64,000 nucleotides of DNA from Octopus vulgaris (taxonomy: Eukaryota), in the NCBI GenBank assembly GCA_951406725.2, contig OX597826.1:73904001-73968000 (forward strand), in the 5' to 3' direction. The notes beneath the pieces are model-generated. The model had not been told where the DNA came from and made no database searches. It worked only from the letters and a program-made list of their open reading frames with translations. How positions within the stretch are numbered: the stretch's first letter is position 1; each line of letters starts with the position of its first letter. A program made the position numbers and the translations under genes. Below are positions 54,501-64,000 of the stretch, one piece after another.

Positions 54501-57500
54501 TATCAACTTCTCAAGATGGCAGGTTGGAAGAATTGTTAGCACGCTGGGCAAAATGCTTAACGGCATTTTGTTTTGTCTTAACATTCTGGGTTCAAATCCC
54601 ACTGAGGTCGACTTCATTTTTCATCTTTTCAGAGTCAGTAAAATAAACACTAGTTGAGTGCTGGAGTTGATGTAATCACCCTCCCCCCCCCCAAAAAAAA
54701 AATTGCTGGCCTTGTGCCAAAATTTGAAACCAATATTATTAACTTCTCGCTAATGCTTCTTCTATCAAAGAGAAATGTCATTAGACTCCAGTAAGAAGTT
54801 GACATCAAACTACAAATGTTCTCAAAAGAATTGCACCATATTTTTTGCTTTTAGTGACCAACTTATTAATTTAGTGGTTCACTTCCAATACATATTTCTT
54901 AAACTTGGTGTCTTCAGTGACTTAATGGAATCTTCACCTTTTTTTTTTTTCTCTCTGCAAAAAAGACATCAAAGAAAATTTCTGCTTTAGAAATTTTGTT
55001 AATATTTTAACCTGGTGCTATTTTGGATTAATGTTGTCAAATCTGAAATGGTGTGTGTATTGTTTGGCTACTGGTGTCGTTCAACCAGTTAATAAACTCT
55101 CCTTTTATTTCTCTTTCCTTAACAATTATAATGGGTTTTGCTCTTCGGTATTTGTAAGTTACACTCAGCAAGCTTTTGAATTTCTGCTTGCTCTTACATA
55201 TTACCCAAGATCTTATCAAGATGGTATAGATTCTTATTTTGTCTTTTACCAATCTTTAGACCACTTTTTATGCAACAACTTTCTGTTAGTAATTACCACA
55301 CCCTGCTGCTTTTGATAACTGATTTATTTTCCTTTATTTTCAGATTAACAGAATTAGGGCCAAGAATGACCCTCCAGTTGGAAAAAATTGAAGAGGGCGT
55401 TTGTGGTGGAGATGTACTCTTTCATAATTTTAAAAGTAAAACCCCTCAAGAAGTGAAAGCTACAGAAAAAAGGAGAGAAGCTAAACGGTTTGTCCTAATT
55501 TTAATTATTTTCATCTCTGGTCTTGCTCCCTTAACTTCTTATTTCTTGATAATTGTTATTAAATTTCTATCCCTTTTCATCTTATGTACTCTACATCTGT
55601 GTAAAATGTAAGATTTCATAGTAATAAGCAATGGTGTTGTATGAGTGTGCAAATAAACATACACATGAAATTTCATCTAATTGCTACGCTTATTGCTATA
55701 TATATATATCAAAATAAGCAACAAGGATATCTAGAGGTAATGCAGTACGATTGTTTCATGCAACTCCATTTAATTGAACAATGCAATCATTACATCAATT
55801 TAAATTGCAGAGCAATCTTCAGCTGCACAAAGACATAGAATTTAGTTGATTTAGAACAGATGGACACATTAGTATAATTATACCTAAAATCTCCAAGAAG
55901 TTAAGGAGATAGACAAAAAAACATTTGCCCCGGATATCCTTGTTGCTTATTTTGATTTTAATCACCTTACTTTGAAATTGTAGGGATAATACCATACTAA
56001 ATTCTGCTGCCTCAACTTAAGTACCATATTCATCTGAATATATATATATATACACTTGCGTCAGAAATTAATTAGCACTTCTCAAATTTCTACATTAAAT
56101 AGGTTAAATCAATTAACCTATGAGCTGTTCAAAACGTCTTACGCGATGAGAAAACTTAGTATGGTGTGATTTCGGTCCTTGCGAGGCGCTACCTATATCT
56201 ATTAAACAAAGGAATTTGTCTGCATCCGCACTCCAAAGTGCATTGAACAACATTTCTTTCATTTTGTGTTCATGGGCCTTTTCTTTTCAATTTTATAGCA
56301 TTTTGGCCCCTATTTTTTTTGTTTCTAATCTGGTGCACCTTTTAAATTAGCTTGGCACATTTTAATTGTAGCATTTGCCTCTAAACCAGTGGTTTTCAAA
56401 AGTACTTGTTCCCATGCCAGCAATCGAACCCAGGCCACCTGAGTGAAAGCCAAAAGTCCTAACCCCTATATATAAGATTTTGCCGTTAAAATTTATCTGC
56501 AATAAACTGGTTATGCTTCTGCAATACAGAAAATATCTTAATAATTTTTCAAATACAATTCCTAATAATATTATAAAAATACCATAGGATTTAAAAAAAA
56601 AAAATATTGAATGAATCCAGAAGAGTAAAACAGGAATCGAAGACCAAAAATAGTTGAGAAACTCTGCTCTGAGCTATAAATAAATGATGGTGTTGGCTTT
56701 TTTTGTTTTAAATTGTTTTTTGTTTTGTTTCAGTAAATTGAAAGAAATGCGTAAGAAGCAACAACAGGAAAATGTCATGAAGAAGGCCAAGTTAAAGGAA
56801 GAGCACAAAAAGAAATCGTTGAAGGGAATGGAGAAAGCAAAGCAGCTGAAAGAGGAAGGCACTGAAGGTAAATAATGGGGTTTTTTTTTAGTTTTAATGC
56901 TGGCAGGAGTTGCTCTGCCCTGCATTACGTTCTGCCCTGCATTTTGCCTCTCTTTTCTGGTGTTTTTGAAGCTAATGGTAAAATGATGTTGTTATTAAGC
57001 TGGTGTTTGAAGCATAAATTAACTTGAAATTTTGATGGAAGATTTCAATTTAAATCACTTTGAAACAGGAGCTTTGTATCATCATCATCATTGTCATTTA
57101 ACGTCTTCTTTCCATGCTAGCATGGGTTAGACGAATGACTGAGGGCTGGCGAACCAGATGGCTGCACCAGGCTTCAATCTTGATCTGGCACACTTTCTAC
57201 AGCTAGATGCCCTTCCTAACGCCAACCACTCCGAGAGTGTAGTGGGTGCTTTTACGTGCCACTGGCATGGGGTCCAGTCAGGCAACGACCTCGCTCAAAT
57301 TTTTTTGCACAGGTGCCAGTAAGGCAATGCTGGTAATGATCCTGCTCGAATGGTGCCTCCTACATACCACCAGCACGGAAGCCAGTTAGCCGCTCTGGCA
57401 GCGATCATGCTCGGATGGTGCTCTTAGCACCCTACTAGCACGGGGCACAAGTGCCAGTAAGGCAACGCTGGTAACGATCACACTCGAATGGTACCTTTTA

Positions 57501-59470
57501 TGTGCCACTGGCATGGTAGTCTCACGCAGGTTGGTAACAGAGGGGTTATTCTGTAAATAACCAAAGAACTCCATTTGTCTATTTAAATTATGTGCATTGG
57601 TTGGAAGAACTGAACATAAAAAGATCAGAAAGCAAATATTCGGCTCCAACTTTTCTACTGCGTCTACATTTCCATTTCCCTTTTTTGTGAATTGTTTTTT
57701 GTTTCTGTGGTTTTTTAGCTGATGAAGACGATCTCTCAAAAGAACCGGATGAAGATGTGGAAGAAGATGATATTGAATACTACAGACAAGAGGTGCAGGC
57801 TGAACCAGAACCAGGTGTGGTCTCTCTTAATATCGTCAATTTAGGGGAATTGGATTTAACAACTGGGTTTTTTTTTTTTTATCTCCTAGATCATTTGATC
57901 AAATTTACAATCTGTACTTCAACAACTTTCCTTTGTTTTCCCCACTTTCTCTCTAATTAACTTCATTAGTTAATTAGAGAAATCTATCTCCAACCAGTCT
58001 TCTTGTTTGATCTCTTCATCTCTTGCTATTGCTATGAAATGAAGTGTTGTTGAATGTCATGAACGAAAACATGAAGAATTTTCAGTTGTTATTGGGGAGA
58101 CATTGGTCTACATAGACTTTGAATATATATATGTATAGGCGCAGGAGTGGCTGTGTGGTAAGAAGCTTGCTTACCAACCACATGGTTCCAAGTTCAGTCT
58201 TGTTGCATGGTACCTTGTGCAAGTGCCTTCTACTATAGCCTTGGGCTTACCAAAGCCTTGTGAATGCATTTGGTAGGCAAAAACTGGAAGAAGCCCGTCA
58301 TATATACAGGGTGGGGCAGAGAGGACACACGTTTTTGAAATGGTTATTACTCAGCTCCAGTTGGAGGGATATATTTGGTCCACGGTCTCTTAGCATAGGT
58401 GAAGTCATGGTGCTGCGGATGATAGAGCATTGCCTGTTTGCCTATGACAGTTACATGAAGAATAACAAGTCTGTCAAAGCACTTCAACATTCCCCAAAAT
58501 CGGGCTGTTCCCACCTGTAACGCAATCTTACATTGGGTGAAGGCACCTCGTACATGAGGTACACTAATGAATTGGGGACCAGTGTGGGTGCTATGAACTG
58601 TATGGACCCCGGTAAATGTGGATCTGTCATCTGTTTGTGATTCATAGAAGTTCATGGGGTACCAAGAGGCGACTGTTTTGCTACTTGCTTTGCAGTGCAT
58701 TTTACAAGCATCCAGATCTCGTGTGTCTGCAAAGTATCAAACATTCTTAGTCCAGCTAAATCAGGTTGGGGTTATCCAATGTCTTAGACTGTCAATGCAG
58801 TAATTTTTAAGGAATCATGACCCTAGGCACCTGAAGAGTAGATTTCCAATAGACCATGCAGATGAAACACAAGCATAAAGAGTCTGGTTTCATTGGGCAG
58901 AAAGATGACATCAATCAATGTTGATGTGGGCACGTCACACAAAATGCTTAACAACGTCTCTTCCGACTCTTTATGTTCCAAGTTCAAATTCTGCCATGGT
59001 CAGCTTCCCTTTTGTACTCAATAAAACATAACTCCCTCTTCCTAGAATTGCTGGGCTTGTGTTGAAATTTGAAATGATTCTTATCAATATTGAAAAATCC
59101 ATTTCTAGCCCAGGGTTCCCTTTTCTTCTGATTCTCCAAATGCACCAAAATGGGAATTATTTTTTCAAGTATTTTTCTTTTACAAAATAATAACATCTGA
59201 CTTTATTTATTTATTTTTTTTTCAGAACTGTTTTCCAAAAAGAGGAAAAGTAATTTTAAATCTGCTACAAAAAGCAAAAGATTTAAGAAAGACGATAGTC
59301 CAGCCCAAAAGAAATCTGATTCTAAGAAAAGCAAGATGTCTGCATTGTCAAAGAAAAAGAAAGAGAATTTCTCTCGAACAAACAAGAAATTTGTATCTAA
59401 GAAACCAAAAGGCAAAAGACTTTCATCCAAGTCAAAATCTAAGTTTGGCAATAAAAAGAAACGAAATTGA
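42509..59470 (+). CDS. PPAN: Peter Pan / suppressor of SWI4 1 homolog (Brix-domain ribosome biogenesis factor), 10 exons, 475 aa
   Basis: Exons 42509-42523, 46200-46367, 47219-47542, 50453-50529, 52770-52880, 54059-54172, 55344-55487, 56734-56867, 57719-57814, 59226-59470; all GT-AG, phases consistent, 1428 nt. Motifs PHSFVI, RKVMEPYTASKL, PRGPTLYF, FQNLFPSINV, LSESEAE, RLTELGPRMTLQL, DDIEYYRQEV and a Lys-rich tail. AATAAA overlaps the stop. The 15-nt first exon is the least certain. Confidence 0.95.
43385..43729 (-). CDS. Candidate intronless 114-aa protein with MGxxxS N-myristoylation motif, antisense inside PPAN intron 1
   Basis: Start context GGAAGG-ATG-G; MGSAASKKELRRK; non-repetitive; CpG-richer upstream region 43730-44060; AATAAA at 43219-43224 on the minus strand. 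No family recognised. Confidence 0.45.
   Translation of the reverse strand: MGSAASKKELRRKIQKTNSETTQGKIWRFFRNAQLQLTLKILERCVYEEAPKIIDIKDADILFSNVYKHNELKGRLGEIEDLSVNSMSVMLFEGVDTTTIQRQSENSHYQNKMK
45883..46135 (+). repeat. Compound (TA)n/(TG)n microsatellite
   Basis: Direct reading; source of several spurious ORFs. Confidence 0.95.
47584..47806. mobile_element. piggyBac-like MITE with TTAA TSD
   Basis: TTAA|CCCTTTTGATACC...GGTAACAAAAGGG|TTAA; an inverted copy lies at about 51773-51994. Confidence 0.75.
48046..49360 (-). mobile_element. Degenerate near-full-length mariner element
   Basis: Fragments HRIIHEDLNVHKICAESVLRVLSD, LESLVNWDDIW, HPPPCSPDPALSCDFWLFPKLKE; partial TIR similarity CAGAAGTTTTGAGAC / GTTTCAAAACTTCTG. 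Confidence 0.75.
49993..50228 (+). mobile_element. SINE family B, full length, with possible TSD GGTATTAAAA
   Basis: Complete copy; GGTATTAAAA at 49980-49989 and 50225-50234. Confidence 0.88.
51570..52209. mobile_element. Composite of TTAA-type MITEs (two inverted copies flanking a second-family MITE)
   Basis: 51571-51768 and 51999-52209 are opposite-orientation members of the 5003/33601 family; about 51773-51994 matches 47584-47806. Confidence 0.65.
52967..53164. mobile_element. Mariner-derived MITE
   Basis: Degenerate TIRs TATGGCGGGAACTGAGAAGTTCCTGGTTTTA / TAAAGCCAAAAGCTGTCCAGCACCCGCTTGTA. Confidence 0.5.
55708..56037. mobile_element. TA-microsatellite-flanked element with a 24-bp inverted repeat (PLE terminus-like)
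   Basis: ATCAAAATAAGCAACAAGGATATC (55708-55731) inverted at 55933-55956; (TA)n on both sides; minus-strand CTGAAGA-TTGC-TCT-GCAA at 55805-55822. Confidence 0.5.
56387..56667. mobile_element. hAT/Charlie-like MITE
   Basis: CAGTGGTTTTCAAA / TTGAGAAACTCTG ends, TSD-like CTCTAAAC / CTCTGAGC; related copy starting near 63727. Confidence 0.6.
56409..56467 (-). pseudogene. 5'-truncated tRNA-Glu(TTC) pseudogene fragment
   Basis: Minus strand GGTTAGGACTTTTGGCTTTCACTCAGGTGGCCTGGGTTCGATTGCTGGCATGGGAA follows eukaryotic tRNA-Glu(UUC) from the D-loop to the discriminator; the 5' acceptor strand is missing and the stems are mismatched. Confidence 0.7.
57079..57510 (-). mobile_element. SINE family C copy
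   Basis: Matches 27393-27780. Confidence 0.8.
58138..58300 (+). mobile_element. SINE family A head
   Basis: GGCGCAGGAGTGGCTGTGTGGTAAG...GAAGCCCGTCATATATA. Confidence 0.8.
58307..58720 (-). mobile_element. Degenerate Tc1/mariner-superfamily fragment inserted at TA
   Basis: TA|CAGGGTGGGGCAG terminus directly after the SINE TA tail; interior only weakly transposase-like. Confidence 0.35.
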
Positions 59471-59828
59471 ATAAAAGTTTTAAGAATTGTTTTGTTTTTA
59501 TATCCTTTTAGTTATTTGTCATTTGATTGTGGCCATGCTGGAGCACTCTTTCTATGTCTATAAATATAAGTTGAAATTCATATTTTATGTCCTGTCTGCA
59601 TTTTTTTTCATTATTTTGACTTTGCTGATACGATTTAGAAAGTTCTTTGGAGTTGGGCATTGATGGAAATTATTGTTTATTTTTAATGTTGATTAATTGT
59701 AACCCTGATGAGTCAACTCGGTGTTTTCCAAGGTTATTTTGTTGTGGAACCTTTAAACACTTGTTCATAAACGTGCAGAAACCCTTACCATAGCTTTAAT
59801 TTTATTAAATCGTTAGTTGATAGCTTCC

Positions 59829-60035
59829 GTTACCTCGGTGACAAGGTCAGTAGCAGGGGAGGGTGCGCTGAAAGTGTAACTGCTAGATTAAGAATAGCCT
59901 GAGCAAAGTTCAGAGAGCTCCTACCTCTGCTGGTGACAAAGGGCTTCTCACTCAGAGTAAAATGTAGACTATGAGGCATGTGTATGAACAGCCATGCTAC
60001 ATGGTAGTGAAACGTAGGACATGCATAAGCTTGCA
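59829..60035 (+). mobile_element. RTE-type LINE RT C-terminal fragment
   Basis: YLGDKVSSRGGCAESVTARLRIA*AKFRELLPLL..SLRVKCRL. Confidence 0.7.
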
Positions 60036-60549
60036 AGGAATGGGTAAGATGTTACTATAGTTGAAGTAACATTCTGAAAAATTCCTGACAGCTAAGTAAA
60101 CTGAGGCATGTATTATTATGTGAACAGATTCAGGGAAAAAATCAGTTGGAGAAAATTTCATTGAAATGGGGAAACTCTGTAAATGAAGGATTGGGTTTAG
60201 AAGTTTATTTCATAACAAAAATAAGAGGTCAGGGTATTTGATTCCACGAAAAGAATCCGAGGGGTTTTTTTTTTTTTTTTTTTCTCAGTGAAACGCATGC
60301 AGGTGTACTTCCCGAGAAGAGATGACATGTAGAGGAGAAAAACTAATATTTTTGGTAAGCTTGAGTATAGGTGGAATACAATAAACTATTTTCAGAGGAG
60401 CGGAGGCTTTTATAGCAACGATACATTTAGGAAATAGGAAACAGTATTTTTGTGGGCCAGAAGTTGTAATATCCTGGTGAGGGAGTTTGTGCTGGTGTTA
60501 AAACACCTACAATGCTAAATGTTCTATATATATATAACAGCCACTTATA

Positions 60550-61470
60550 TTTTCATTGTTGGTGACCTCAACTACCCTGAAATTGAATGGGAAACTTTTC
60601 GTTGACCACTAAGCACAGGTGATTTTTTCTTGATGTAGTGCTGGATGCAAACTGGTCCCAAGTAGTCACCTCCCCCACAAGAGGTAATAACATTTTGGAC
60701 CTGCTCTTTACCACCTTTCCTGAAACTGTTATCAGCGTTACGATGAAGGAACTTCTAGGCGACTCCGATCATGCCATGATCCTTGCTAATCCTCTTATAG
60801 GCAGAAACAAGAACCACCACCACCACCTTCAAACCACTCGCTTTGACTGGAACAAAACAGACTGAAACCGTGACTGTAAGGAGTCACGATGCCCAAACTG
60901 GTTTGAATTTTACTATTCAGGAGACATCAATACTGTTTTTCAAAATATCCTCAGTGCAATCTTGGTTGCATGTGAAGTGTCAGTATCGTGCAAACACCCT
61001 AGAAATAAAAAGTGCAATTTGGAAGACTGCAGCAGTTCGACTTGCCAGGAAAGATCATCGTGATGCTGAATAGAAATACAGACAGCATAGAACAGAAGAT
61101 GCAACAGATCATCCAACTATCTCAAGAAAGTGACAAAAAAGGCAGTGCTTGAGTTTGAACGACGTATAGCAACTAACCCTGAGAGCAAAGTGTTCTGGAA
61201 ATATGTGCGTTCAAAACAGAGACCTCATTCCCAAGTTGGTCCTCTTCACAATCCCCACACAGGTCAGATCACTGATGACACCAAGGAATGCGCTGAGCTT
61301 ATTGTTGAATGATATGCTGGCATTTTTACTGCTGAAAATCTCAGTGTATCTTCTTCACCAACTCTGATGACAAATCCCATAACATCTGTGAGATTCACAC
61401 CCACAATGCTGCGACGCCACCTCAAAAATAAGCGCAGCTATGCCTCTCCTGGTCTTGATGGTGTTACTTG
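60550..61470 (+). mobile_element. Degenerate CR1/L2-group LINE ORF2 fragment (endonuclease end and linker)
   Basis: IVGDLNYPEIEW, SPTRGNNILDLLFT, LGDSDHAMI, NPESKVFWKYVRSK, SPGLDG. Confidence 0.85.
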
Positions 61471-62222
61471 CTTCTCAAATGTGGTGGGTTCTTTCTATTG
61501 CACCAGCTTTCTTTTTTCTATTCTGCCTTAAAAACTGTGAAAAATTGCCAGTGTCATTCCCCTGTTTTAATGTTAACATTGAAAAAATATCCACATTTTG
61601 CATTAAAAAAATTTGGATCTGGGTTTGCACCCACTGGGCAAATTTTGTTGCTGGGCCCTACCTATCAGTATAACAATTTCTTATGTTATAATAAATATAT
61701 TTCCAGAAAATTCAGTGACAAATAAACATTTTTGAAAAGCAAGTGTAAAAAATACCAAGCTAATAACAATGTAGATTTTAAGGCAGATACTTTTTCTAAG
61801 CCTTTTAGAGAAAAATATCGGAACATGAGTACTTTGATAAAGAAACAGCTGCCGCAAACTGATAGCGGTGTTATTGTCTAAAGGCGCTGACAGTATCCTA
61901 TTAAAAATAAGCAAAATCTGTTTCATATTGTCACAACTTTCTTTTGATGTCTTCGTTCAATTGGCTTTAAAACAAATGACAAAGATCACGATGATGAGTA
62001 TAAATAATTACAGTTTTGTAGCTAGCCTGCTTTTCTAATGATTATATATTTATATAGTGAGCTTCTTTCAGTTCCCATCTACCAAATCCACTCACAAGGC
62101 TTTGGTCGGCTTAAGGCTGTTGTAGAAGACCCGAAAGTACGTGGTTGGGAAACGAATTTCTCGACCCCATAGCCAATGCCTGTGTTTACACCACATGCAC
62201 ATACACACATAGCTAGTTAACT

Positions 62223-62403
62223 GGGTACTACTTAAGAAGGGTGGTCCCGGTGCGCGCATCCGCACTGGCTAGTCGTGACTAGTCGATCCTTACTTTGTGC
62301 TTTTGTGTTTTATTTACTTTACTAAGTAGTCGTTGTAGGATCGACTAGCTAGCTCGGATGCGCGAGTGCGCGCACCCGGGACCACTTTTCTCAAGTAATA
62401 CCT
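62223..62403. mobile_element. GC-rich foldback MITE with about 60-bp imperfect TIRs
   Basis: GGTACTACTTAAGAAGGGTGGTCCCGGTGCGCGCA...CTAGTCGATCCT versus AGGATCGACTAG...TGCGCGCACCCGGGACCACTTTTCTCAAGTAATACC. Confidence 0.75.
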
Positions 62404-63204
62404 AACATATATATATTATCGACAAATAGTTTACCAATCCGCCTAATAAATACATAAGCTTCCAGTAGGCTCTACTTTCAGAGAGACTTGTCGATAGGTG
62501 ACAAGTGCTCTGTATATTAAGGGCAGACAACCCAGACATGTTTAAAGCCGATAATATTTCTTTTTGCCAATTAACGCCGTGTAATTGACCAGAATTTGAG
62601 GTTAAATTGAAAGGGGAAAGTATATGATATCTTTGTGATGTAAAAACTAATTACTTCTGATACAAGTCGATAATAATGACAACTTATAGCATTTTGTCCT
62701 TGAATCGAGTTTTTATTCCTCGTTTAAAACAAATCCGAACTTTATCAACTCAACTACAACGGTAAAGCAAAACATTTCTCATTTTATGTTTCATTTAATT
62801 GATTATTTCACTCGTAAAATGTTCACTATCAAACTTGTTGTTTAGCCCCAGGCCAGATCCCTTTGGTCTGACATTCAAAGGGATTCCGGCCACGACCCAT
62901 CCATCTTGTTTATTTGGATTGCATTATTCAGTATCACCTTCCTGGGTTTTTTTAGAGGGCAAGGTGTGATTCGGGAGGGGTTAGCTGTTATTTCTAGCAA
63001 GTTGAGTGCCACCTCGTTGTCTTTATCTGTTGCTGTTATTGTTTCCTCAATATTATCTAAAAATGAATACATTTAAATAAATTGTTGATGTAGACATAAC
63101 GATTATTTGAAAGAAAACTGCGAATTACGTGAGTTCTTGGTCGCAATAGAACTTTCGCCTCATTGTTCGCATTTCCATATATTGAATGCTCTGAGATGCG
63201 AACA

Positions 63205-63371
63205 TCGAAAAATACCTGAGGAATGAAAACCCAGGTTCGAAATTACCGCAAGACACCTGATGAAGGCTGGAGGGTAAATCAGCCGAAACGTGTAAACAAC
63301 AAACAAGATGAGGACAAATATCCGTCAAATATAAATAAGGTAAATAATTCCTCATCTCTTAGATATAGAAC
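63205..63371 (+). mobile_element. About 167-bp retrozyme-like repeat
   Basis: Contains the hammerhead core; flanked by direct repeat TGCGAACA (63197-63204, 63372-63379); second copy at 18395-18562. Confidence 0.65.
63253..63294 (+). ncRNA. Type I hammerhead ribozyme-like motif, minimal PLE/retrozyme type
   Basis: ACAC-CTGATGA(63257-63263)-A-GGCTG-[GAGGGTAAAT]-CAGCC-GAAA(63285-63288)-CGTGT: both conserved boxes and a 5-bp stem II are present; the stem III/cleavage region looks shortened. Confidence 0.65.
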
Positions 63372-64000
63372 TGCGAACAAGGAGGATTGAATTTTGTTTA
63401 CTGTGAGTAACTAAATACACTGGCAAGATTATAAACCCAGTATCACCGTACTAATCACCTAGATTCTGGTCAATTTCTTCTATTAGAGTTTCGTTTGTGT
63501 GCAATAGTTTTAGGGCATTTTTCTACGAGATCGTTCGAAATTGCAACGAAATCCTTTTTCAAATCGTACCATAACCGTCTTTAAAAAAATGTAAGGACAA
63601 ATTACATTCGTAAAGGTATATCTACTCGAGTGTGCCCCTTCGATTTTGTTTCCTCGTAACTTTTAGAGGGAAAAATTGGGTATTTTTTTAATGCAGTGTT
63701 CTACAAATGCCTTTCAGATAATTCTTAGGGGTTCTCAAACGGGGTCTAAATTGCCCTTAGGGCTCCATATAAGATTCTGTTGCTAAAATGTATCTGCAAT
63801 AAACTGGATTCTTCTACAATACACTAAATATTTTATCAATTTTTATAGAAATTTCTAATATTTAGTTATAAAAATACAGTATGATTTTTTTTTGGTAATT
63901 GTTCAGCTTAGGGATATAAAAACATCGCCAAGCCATAAAAATTAAGTGGGAGATAACGAGTAAAGCAACATAAATAAGTCATTCATATATTGTGGCTGAG

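Noticed and set aside
59701-59790. CTGATGAG followed by a hairpin and a distant GAAAC
   Set aside because: Stem II does not close next to GAAA and no stem I or III pairing was found.

Overview
AT-rich, repeat-dense eukaryotic genomic DNA. The SINE families, intronless C2H2 zinc-finger arrays and (TA)n/(GAT)n tails point to a coleoid cephalopod, most likely Octopus (inference). Genes, with exons traced by hand: the last two coding exons and long 3' UTR of an unidentified Gln/Met-rich protein gene (+, 1471-1941); a complete RPS3 (-, 241 aa, TCT/TOP promoter); two convergent paralogous C2H2 zinc-finger genes (+ 22703-23494, 9 fingers; - 31174-32571, 15-16 fingers) plus two decayed paralog remnants; and a complete 10-exon PPAN/SSF1 Brix-domain gene (+, 42509-59470, 475 aa). 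Mobile DNA includes a full-length Tigger/pogo element with an uninterrupted 564-aa transposase ORF, mariner/Tc1 relics, hAT- and piggyBac-type MITEs, Penelope, CR1/L2 and RTE fragments, and three SINE families. The observations most worth follow-up are: (1) at least two families of small repeats carrying hammerhead-ribozyme folds (retrozyme/Penelope-like), one with a non-canonical core; (2) an ORF1-only, TSD-flanked L1/Tx1-like element inserted in the tRNA-like head of a SINE; (3) the intact Tigger ORF with a D-to-N change at the first catalytic residue, a possible domestication; (4) an unexplained 114-aa ORF with an N-myristoylation motif nested antisense in PPAN intron 1; and (5) local traces of zinc-finger birth and death. 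All calls come from reading the sequence by eye; no database searches were run.
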